Part shown: positions 54,490-64,000 of the stretch, one piece after another
Position numbering within the stretch: position 1 is the stretch's first letter
Layout: each line of letters begins with the position of its first letter
Assembly: GCA_964016885.1 (NCBI GenBank)
Contig: OZ024741.1
Location: 181,598,001-181,662,000, forward strand
DNA: 64,000 nt
Direction: 5' to 3'
Origin: Eledone cirrhosa
Taxonomy: Eukaryota
Program-made: the position numbers and the translations under genes
Notes under the pieces: generated by a model
The model's database searches: none
What the model was told of the DNA's origin: nothing
Seen by the model: only the letters and a program-made list of their open reading frames with translations

Positions 54490-55950
54490 AGTTTTGCGAG
54501 GTTTTTTATATGAAATCGTGTGTCGAAACAAATATTGTTATACTTGGGGAGGGTCATATTTGTGTAATATTGCCAGAATTAATAACAGAACACACTCACT
54601 GTTTGGTTGGTTTTCGCTTTTCGCTTCTGTGTCTTTTATATCGGTAATCTAATTTATTCGGTCCTCAATGTTGCCATTGACTGACCAACGGTCAAAAATA
54701 ATACAGATACAATATAGACACAAACACATATATATAGTTTATCAAAGTTCTTTCGTTGCACATCTGCAACATCGTCAGTGGTGCTATTGTTTCCTCCCGT
54801 TACATTGTATGTCTACGCCATCTTTGTTTAGTCTGTTTATATATTTATTTATTTATTTGTTTGTTTGTTTATTTTATTTTGTCTTCTTTGCGCATGCGTT
54901 TGCGTGTGTGTATAGTGTTTTGTTTGATGTGTGTTCGTGATTGGGTTACTGTGTATTGGTTAATGTATTCTATCTTTACTAGTGTGTGTTTATATGTGTT
55001 TGTTGTTATTGTGCTTGTGTATGTATTTATTTATTTATTTATCTATTTATTTATTTATTTATACTTCTCTTAGGTCAGTGTTGTTTGTTTGGGTGTTGTT
55101 GTTATTCCATTCATTCTTTCTGTTTAGTCTTGGCCTTCTAAGTTCTATTTCACTGGCCTCTCTGATTTGCCTATCTGCTGGGTCATTTCTATGTTTAGAT
55201 ATTATTCTAATTTCTATGTTGTCTATGTTACCGTCGTATTGTTGTCTGGCATGTTCGTATAGTACTGACCCGTTTTTTCGCCCTTTTAGTTCCCCCCAGT
55301 ATTGGTCTATCCTTTCACCTATGCTACGAGCTGTCTCGCCTATGTATGTTGTTGTCATGTTTCTGCAAGTACCCTCTGTACATCTTATGCTATAGACTAC
55401 GTTTCTAGTTTTACAGTTTATCCGGGGGTTTACCTTACATATGATACATTTCCTATTAGTACAGTGGGTTTTCTTAAAAGGGTAGGTTTTGCTGATCAGG
55501 GATTTTATGGTGGTTCCTGGCTTTTCCTACCACCTTAATCTTTAAGTGGGTCTTTCTCAGGGCCTTTCTACACTGGTTAGCTAATTTCCCTCCAGGGGTA
55601 GCGTCCACAAAAATGACACTCTGGTATCTCTGGTTGTCGTACCATGATGTGGCTTTCCCTATCTTATGCCTATCCCTATCTAAGCTATTCCATGATTTGC
55701 TCCTGTATAATGGGCAAGTTCCTTTCATGTCCAGTTCTATGAGGGTCTTATACTTCTCCATGGCTCTTTCGTATACTCTGACTCTGTCTCTTTGGTTGTA
55801 ACCAGAGAACTGCATGCGGTTGATGAAGTGTTGGATGTGTCTTTCCATTTCTGTTGGGTCGCATAACCGAAGGAAATGTTGGAAATCCTAATAAAATATC
55901 CAATGTGCATGAAAACATCTTGTACCATGCTTTCGTTAAAGGTTTTAGGT
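54490..55950 (-). mobile_element. 5'-truncated Penelope-like element (RT C-terminus, GIY-YIG, 3' pLTR with family-D HHR at 54741-54782)
   Basis: RMQFSGY..PLYRSKSW..IFVDATPGG (55474-55848); YIGETARSIGER..H..RQIREA..LN (55059-55358); CTGACGA-T-GTTGCA gatg TGCAAC-GAAA-GAAC-TT. Confidence 0.85.
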
Positions 55951-58777
55951 GACCATTCAGTGGCGAGGAGACGGAGACATCTCAAACTTCTTTTGTTTGA
56001 TCCAGTGGAGTATGCAGGTTGTGACAGCCGGAACGAGTGAGGGCTGCACCAACATTGGACTGGTACTTTCCTTATCGAACCCGAAAGAATAAAAGGCAAA
56101 AATGGACATCGGCAAGATATCAACGCAAAACACAGAAATGCGGAACAAACGTCCAACACTCTAACTTCTCTGCCATATTGACTATTACTTAGTTTATCTG
56201 TTAGTATTATTTTGTTGACTAGACTTGGGTGGGTTCAGAACAAATGACGTAACAAAATATACCAATCCACAGATTCTACAACAAAGCCGCATTCTAATGA
56301 ATAGTACAAACGAGAGTATATGTATGAACATAGACAAATAAAGAACTGTAGCAACGGGGGTAATCATTAGCCTCAAACAATGAACCTATGATTTGCTATT
56401 TTCCCCATTTTTTTAAACAACTAAATGCGTATACGTGTGCGTTTTTTTTTATTTCCATTTAAATTGAAAGCAAACACCTAAAAACAATTGTAAAATATAT
56501 ATTTAACCAAAATATAGTCTTCCACTTTCCTAGAGTCAAGAAAATATTCAGAAGAACCAAATAGCAGACATTGACTGACTGATCCATTTTTGTACGGGTC
56601 GCTACTGGGACCCCTAGTGTCCTGGGTCCCTTGGCTGTTGTTTTCCTCTGCCAAATCGTGACGAAGGCATCATACGCTAGGAAAGTTCCCTGTGAGATCT
56701 AATGGCTGATGGAAACGCTTTCGTCATCTTAACTGCCGGCTTAGTCAAGGATGTAGAGTTCCCCTTTCCTTTCAACATTTTCTTTTCTGTCTTTCATTTT
56801 CTTTTCTCTTCTATTTTGATTCTTTGCGTTATTTATACATAAAACCTATTTATACTTTAAAGATCTATATGGTACAATATTCGAATGGTCTGGTCATAAT
56901 TCCAGAATATTTTGAAATACCTGTTGGGTAAATTTCTGTCGTAGAAAATATATAAATCATGTTTAGAAGAATGTTAAGAAATGATAAATAGCTCTCTTCT
57001 TTACATGAACTAACGCAAATAACGTCCATTAGTGAATTATTCTTTACGAGGGACTATAATAAATGTATCACTGGAATTTCATGTAATTCTATAGCATAGA
57101 ATCTACTATTCCTCAAGTCGGACAACAATTAGTTATGTTTCGCAATGTAACACATCTAGATGTGTTAGTGTCTTCGACACCAATTTATTATTTTATGTAC
57201 ATAAAACTGTTTTCCTGAATTGCTATCATTTAAATGAGATAACATTCTCCGGTTTTATTAACAGAACATAACCAACACATACGCATAACCTCAGAAGACA
57301 ACACATGAACACATATATTAACTGCAACAAATACATCTATGTGCCCCCCACCCCCCCTCATCCACACATACACCCACATAGGCAAAACAGCAGATTAGTT
57401 AGAATGTTTTTAGGTATTCACTGTGTCTCTCTGCGCTTTGAATTCAAAACCTGCCGAAGTCAACTTTGCCTTTCATTCTTTCGAGGTCGATAAAAAAGTA
57501 CCAGTTCAGTACTGGTGTCGATTCTTCCTCTATATCTCCTTTTCGCTTCCTCTCTATCTTCCACTCACTCTTTCTTTCTGAAGAAGAAATCGGTTGTGTT
57601 CAGTCATGGAAAGGTGATGGGTTCCGCTAGATTTTAAAAATGTTCAAGACAAATCTTATGTCACTAAGACAGTCCTATGGCTCTATTCAGGAGTTACAGG
57701 TCCATGCATATGGACTCATATACGCCTTTATATATGTAATAGATATGATTTGTTTATTTATGTGCCTCTGGTATACGATACGATTAGGTGTAATTATTTT
57801 CCAGATGCTTTTGAACATTTTGATATGATATAAATTAAATAACATAAAACTGTTACACTGGAGACACTGGGGAAGTTATAGAATGTTCTGAGATGCTTTG
57901 ATAAAGAACACCTGAATTGAATGATAACTATTTTGTTTATAACATTGAAGCAATATACTGATTAAAAGAAATGTGATAAATATATCTATTAAAAAAACAT
58001 TATAATTACGTGTAGTAATAGAGATCTGTATAGGTTATTCTTTTTTCTTTTCATTTCGACTGAATTTCTTTTAAAATGTGTAATTCTTTGTAAAACAAAA
58101 TTTCTAAACAGAATCTGACACACTGAAATGAATATTAAAGATATTTTCCCATTGAATTTCTTTTCAAGATATTCTAGTAGTTTAGTGTCAACTTTTCCAT
58201 TAAATTTACTTAAAATAGAACACCTTAATCTTAAAATAAACGCCAATAGAATAAGAAGACAATATCGCTATTCAATGAGCGAAGAAGAAAAAATAGTTGT
58301 TTATTTCATAATTTTTGAGATTGTGATTTTCCAAAAATAGTGAATCAATTTCCACTTTAGGTTTTTAATGACTTCTAATTATTTTTGCTACAATTCTTAC
58401 ATTTTTATCCCCCCCACCCCAAATAACGTAGAATTTAAGATACGAGATAATTCCTTTCTATTAAAATTTGGTGAAGACAAAAACAAAAATACGGAATGTA
58501 AGGCTGTGGTTATTTTTAACGAAGAATGAGCGAAAAAAATATCGAAAGACCATTATTTAATCCAAGTTCTGGAATAGGTTTTTCTCATCTATTTCATAGC
58601 AGCCTTCAGAATTGACATATTTTAGTTTTCTTTATTTTAGACAAAATGTATATTTCAGTACTATTGAATTCATAGTAAACCTCTTTGAAATATCACACTG
58701 CAGTTCATGTTTGAAATATCTTCTACATTTACTGTTTCTCTTTCTGGAAATATTGTATTTTGCTGCTCACATAGTCC

Positions 58778-59150
58778 TTATAATCGTTTCTAATTTAGGC
58801 ACAAGAACTACAATTTGAAGAGGGGAGAAAGTGGTACTTTATTTTATCAACCGCGTGAGGATTAAAGAGAAAGCTAACCTGGGCGGGATTTGAACATAGA
58901 ACGTAAAGGGCCGTACCTCTATGCAACAAAGCATCTTTTTCAACGCTTTACCGATACTGCCAATTCACCGCTCTTATACACCTTATAATTGTTTCTAATT
59001 TAGGCACAAGGCCAGCAATTACCCAGTGCATTACTGGTACTTTATTTTATCGACCCCGGAAGGATGAAAGGCAAAGTCAACCTCGGCGGGATTTGAACTC
59101 AGATCGTAAAGGGACGTAACTATGCTGGAAAGCATGGAGTCCGACCCTCT
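58778..59150 (-). mobile_element. Two tandem SINEs; further fragments at ~57380-57525 (+) and 59608-59712 (-)
   Basis: Family motifs; both units begin CCTTATAAT.GTTTCTAATTTAGGCACAAG. Confidence 0.85.
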
Positions 59151-60342
59151 ATATAATGACGTTAAAAGCATTGGAAGTTCCGATGAAATTTTTTTTATTC
59201 ATAGATATACATGGCTTTGACTTTAATCAGTTGTTTCGCATTTTGAGCAAATTTCTAATACGATAGCCTCGTGTCGATCAGATGGAAAACATGTTAAAGC
59301 ACATCTTAAGTACTCCTCCAATATGTGGGTGGATGGCATAGTCTGTCACCCGATTAAATACAACAATCTGCTCCTTGAGTATCTTCAGTGTTTTGCAAAC
59401 ATTAGACCTAGGTCTACTCCACCTTTCCGTGAAAAATGTATGTGGTCTGTCTTCCTCTTCTTGGTAGGCAATAAACTGCAATTTCTAACAGTAGGGACCA
59501 CGATCATACATGGATATAACGGATATATGAACAAAAAGAACAACTGGCTAGCCACACCCTATTTTACAAACTAAAACAGTGCATGCGATACGACCGTTCC
59601 GAAATATAATAATGGTTTCTACTTTTGGCACAAGGCCAGCAATCACCCCAGTGTATTACTGGTACTTTATTTTATCGACCCCGTAAGGATGAAAAGCAAA
59701 GTTAACCTCGGCTAGCCCATTTGTTATAATATGTTTAATGAAAGACGCTGACTATAATATTTTAAATTATTTTGAAAAAAATCAAGAATTTGGAAGGATT
59801 TAGTAATATAACTTTCTCGTTACTAAGCTGCTGTTTGGAACATAAACGTAAAGTTTTGACGGAAGGTTTTTAGATAATTAGAAACACTTTAAAACAATTT
59901 TGTGTCATAGAAAGAAAGTTGGTTTTAGCCGGTTTGATATGAAACAGGTTAATCTACATTCAAGCGTTCAGTCAATTATCTATCAAGCAGAGATGAAGTT
60001 CAGCAACAGAAACAGATTTCCACAGAGATAACAAAATGATAATCGCAGCAATCCATTGGAGGCCTATTATTTTCTTCAGTTATCTTTTATTTTATTTTAT
60101 TTTATTTTTACTGCTTTCAGTCAACAGAAGATTATATCGACTTTGGCACTACTTGTTATCGATACATTCTTTGTTGAGCCTCTATATTACGAAACGACAA
60201 CAAACAGTAAATGTAAACATAAACACACACACACTCATATATATATGTATATACATAGTTAATAAATGAAACAAAACAAAACACATGAAGCAAAATTAGT
60301 TATATTAGATTCATGTTTATATACATACATACATATATACAT

Positions 60343-60392
<50 letters not shown>

Positions 60393-60923
60393 ATGTGTGT
60401 GTGTGTGTGTGTTTGTGTTTGCGCGCGTGTGTGAGTGTGCATGTGTGTACCGGGCTTACTCGCAGTTACCGTTTATCAAATTTCACTCACAAGGAATTTA
60501 TTTACTTGAAACTATAACATAAAAAACTCGTCCAAGGTTTTATGCCGTGGGACTGGACTCAAAATAAATTGGTTGCGAAGCATAGTTTTTAACCGAACAA
60601 GCAAGACTCCGATGTACGTTCACAAATGGTAGGAAGAATATAACTAAACGAATTGTTGTAAATAACAACAGTCCTGCAGCCATAATTCAACAGTTTATTA
60701 CAGCAATAACACAACAAATGGGAAAATATACACAGAAAAACATCGAATATACAGAATATTAAGATTCCTTCTGAAATTGTTTAATGGAATGGTGTTCACT
60801 GGAAAATGAGTGCTACCTGAAGGGAATTTAACATGTAACACTAGCAGAAGAATATTAAACATTAAGACACATATAAATATTCTATATTGCTATAAACAAC
60901 ATTCGTTCAGTATGGTTTAATAT

Positions 60924-61009
<86 letters not shown>

Positions 61010-61113
61010 CAGTTCTAGTCCTGTAGAATCACATCTATATTAAAACTTTTATACTCTGCTATGTATTGAGTACCTTACTTACTGTGGTTACCTCCGATTC
61101 AACCCGGAATAAC

Positions 61114-61163
<50 letters not shown>

Positions 61164-61168
61164 TGTAT

Positions 61169-61220
<52 letters not shown>

Positions 61221-61462
61221 GGAAAAAATGAAACGAAATTTCATTTCCCACTCTAAGTACGGCTGTTACTTAAATATAAGTATGTACACGTACATACATA
61301 TATGTATACAGACGTACAGTAGTATATATATATACATACATGCACACATATATATATATATGTACGTATAGATTCACCGAACATTTATTATAATGCTCGG
61401 TGTGTTTGTAAATACTACTGTACGTCTGTATACATAGTATACATATATGTATGTACGTGTAC

Positions 61463-61499
<37 letters not shown>

Positions 61500-62135
61500 G
61501 TCAGGACGACACAAAAGTGGGCGGAGAAAATAGTTTGACGTAAACGTTGAAAACAGATTAACAAAAAGTGAAAAAATAATGGGAAAACAGAAAAAAGTGG
61601 TTGACAAAAATAGGAATAATGTGGGAAAAGTAGATATTTACGTGGAATAGAAAGTGAAGAAAATATGTGAGGTTTCGAGTGGAAGACTTTATAAAAAAAG
61701 ATTAATAAAAGAAAAGAATAAGAAATAAGAAAATGTGCAGGAATGATATAAAGTTAAAGGCCCCAGCATGGCCTCAGCCGGATGGCTGAAACAGGTAAAA
61801 GAGTAAAAGAGTATACAATGTGTTCTGATTGGCGGGAATACACGGTATTTGCATCCAATGATATAGACCAGTTCTTCGTTTTGGACAAATGCGTTCGATA
61901 TTGAGAGAGTGGGATTGGCTCCGTGCAAAGCCTTTCCTCACTTAAAAAAGATTGAACCATAGGCATCGCTTGATATGTGACATTTTTCTTCGATGCATAC
62001 TATTGCTGGCCATAGGCAGGTCCCTAGCAGGACTAAAAAGCAACGTCCGTGATGCTCACGCTAAAATATCAAGCGATCACATTACTTGAAATCGAGTTGC
62101 AACCATCATCATGTATGTATGTATGTATGTTATGT

Positions 62136-62741
62136 CAGGTCACCACTTGGTGCTACTGGTAACATGTATCCCAGTACAACCTGTTTCATGGTCGGGTCGT
62201 TGGCGACTAAACTGGCAACCCCACCAAGGTTTCTTGGTGAGGAGGGTGACTTTGGACATCCTGCAGGACTAAAAACAAAACCTGTCAAAGGGCAAAGGAG
62301 CTCTTAAGAGTCAATGGCCATCCAAAATCACTGGGAGAGATGACCCCTTAGCCTTTGTCAAGGCAGAATTCTAGGAGAAGGAAAACTCTGATATAACACC
62401 TGCAACCCTGATGGTATCCAATGATGTTGACTTGTTCTTCTTTTTGGTAAATATCATCTTGGTTAAGAGAGTGGGACTGGCTTTGTGCAGTGCCTTTGCT
62501 CACTATAAAAGCTTCACGGCACAGGCATTGCTTTATATCTGGAGATCTCTCTGCACTTGCCGTCACATGGTACCATGGGCCCAGCACTATGTGTCAATAA
62601 TTGTCACAAGTGTAGTGTTTGTACCAGAGTTTTCAAGTCGCTCGCTGGACTAAAAAGTCACACTCGTTCAGCGCATCGGTAGGGGTTCTCCTACATGGAT
62701 ATAAAGTAGTGGCCGTACTCGAAAACGAGTTGGCAGCCACC
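62136..62741 (+). mobile_element. RTE-derived non-autonomous element in (TATG)n
   Basis: Near-identical to 16185-16819. Confidence 0.85.
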
Positions 62742-62755
62742 ATTATGTATGTATG

Positions 62756-62786
<31 letters not shown>

Positions 62787-62810
62787 TATGTATGTATGTA
62801 TGTATGTATG

Positions 62811-63307
62811 TTCTTATGGTTTTATAATTTCACAAATTTTTGCAATAGAGAGAGAGAATCGGTTTCTAACATAGACACAAGACTCTCTCATTGGAATTTA
62901 CACATCAACTAGGTAGATATGTATGTATGTCTGCATGCATGCATGTGTAGATATGGATGTGTATGTTTTGAGTTGTATGTGTGCATGTGTATATGCTTAG
63001 TATCTTTACATGTGTATATGCGGTTATTACATGCAACATTTTTGGAATCTTTTACATATTTTTACTGCTCCATTAATGGATTGTACTTGTAATTTCCTAA
63101 CTAGTTGTGTTCTTTCTGTTCCTGTGAAGCCTAGCTTCTCAAGATTTGTATTGAGGCAGTTACTAACATATCCCAGTGCCCCAATAATCACAGGCATAAA
63201 TCTGAAGGTGTAATCAGGGTGGAGTATCTGCAGATTTCTCATCAGTTCTGCATAAATATTCTCCTTTTCGCTAATCTTTGATATTATATTGGCATCTGCT
63301 GGGCAGG
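62811..63307 (-). mobile_element. R4/Dong-like LINE 3' fragment flanked by (TATG)n
   Basis: PADANII..KENIYAELMRNLQILHPDYTFRFMPVIIGALG..KLQVQSINGAVKICK. Confidence 0.8.
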
Positions 63308-63482
63308 GTATGTATGTATGTATGTATGTATGTATGTATGTATGTATGTATGTATGTATGTATGTATGTATGTATGTATGTATGTATGTATGTATGTATG
63401 TATGTATGTATGTATGTATGTATGTATGTATGTATGTATTATGTATGTATGTATGTATGTATGTATGTATTATGTATGTATG

Positions 63483-63513
<31 letters not shown>

Positions 63514-63537
63514 TATGTATGTATGTATGTATGTATG

Positions 63538-64000
63538 TTCTTATGGTTTTATAATTTCACAAATTTTTGCAATAGAGAGAGAGAATCGGTTTCTAACATA
63601 GACACAAGACTCTCTCATTGGAATTTACACATCAACTAGGTAGATATGTATGTATGTCTGCATGCATGCATGTGTAGATATGGATGTGTATGTTTTGAGT
63701 TGTATGTGTGCATGTGTATATGCTTAGTATCTTTACATGTGTATATGCGGTTATTACATGCAACATTTTTGGAATCTTTTACATATTTTTACTGCTCCAT
63801 TAATGGATTGTACTTGTAATTTCCTAACTAGTTGTGTTCTTTCTGTTCCTGTGAAGCCTAGCTTCTCAAGATTTGTATTGAGGCAGTTACTAACATATCC
63901 CAGTGCCCCAATAATCACAGGCATAAATCTGAAGGTGTAATCAGGGTGGAGTATCTGCAGATTTCTCATCAGTTCTGCATAAATATTCTCCTTTTCGCTA
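63538..64000 (-). mobile_element. Identical tandem copy of the R4/Dong-like fragment, running off the window
   Basis: 727-bp period relative to 62811. Confidence 0.85.

Noticed and set aside
56655-56730. GTGACGAAGGC..GGAAAGTTC hammerhead-like string
   Set aside because: The first core base is wrong, stem II is poor and there is only one copy.

Overview
Eukaryotic, AT-rich and almost entirely repetitive DNA. The SINE types and the dense (TA)n, (CA)n, (TATG)n and (TATC)n microsatellites suggest a cephalopod (Octopus-like) genome; this is an inference. I recognise no host gene. Most ORFs in the track are microsatellite read-throughs or antisense shadows. Real coding signal comes only from transposable elements: CRE-like and R4/Dong-like LINEs with restriction-like endonucleases, Tx1/L1-clade LINEs, three Penelope-like elements (PLEs), a Chapaev3-like transposon, and hAT, mariner and LINE fossils. 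Non-coding elements include a Helitron, MITEs and more than 20 tRNA-derived SINEs. Three themes stand out. (1) About 12 hammerhead-ribozyme (HHR) cores, intact to degenerate, fall in 4-5 families; some show compensatory stem changes, and they sit in PLE termini, fold-backs and small non-coding units. (2) Several retroelement families appear to partition microsatellites: Tx1 in (TATC)n, and R4-like plus RTE-derived elements in (TATG)n. (3) Fold-back palindromes recur, some centred on (TA)n. All coordinates were read by eye and may be off by a few bases.
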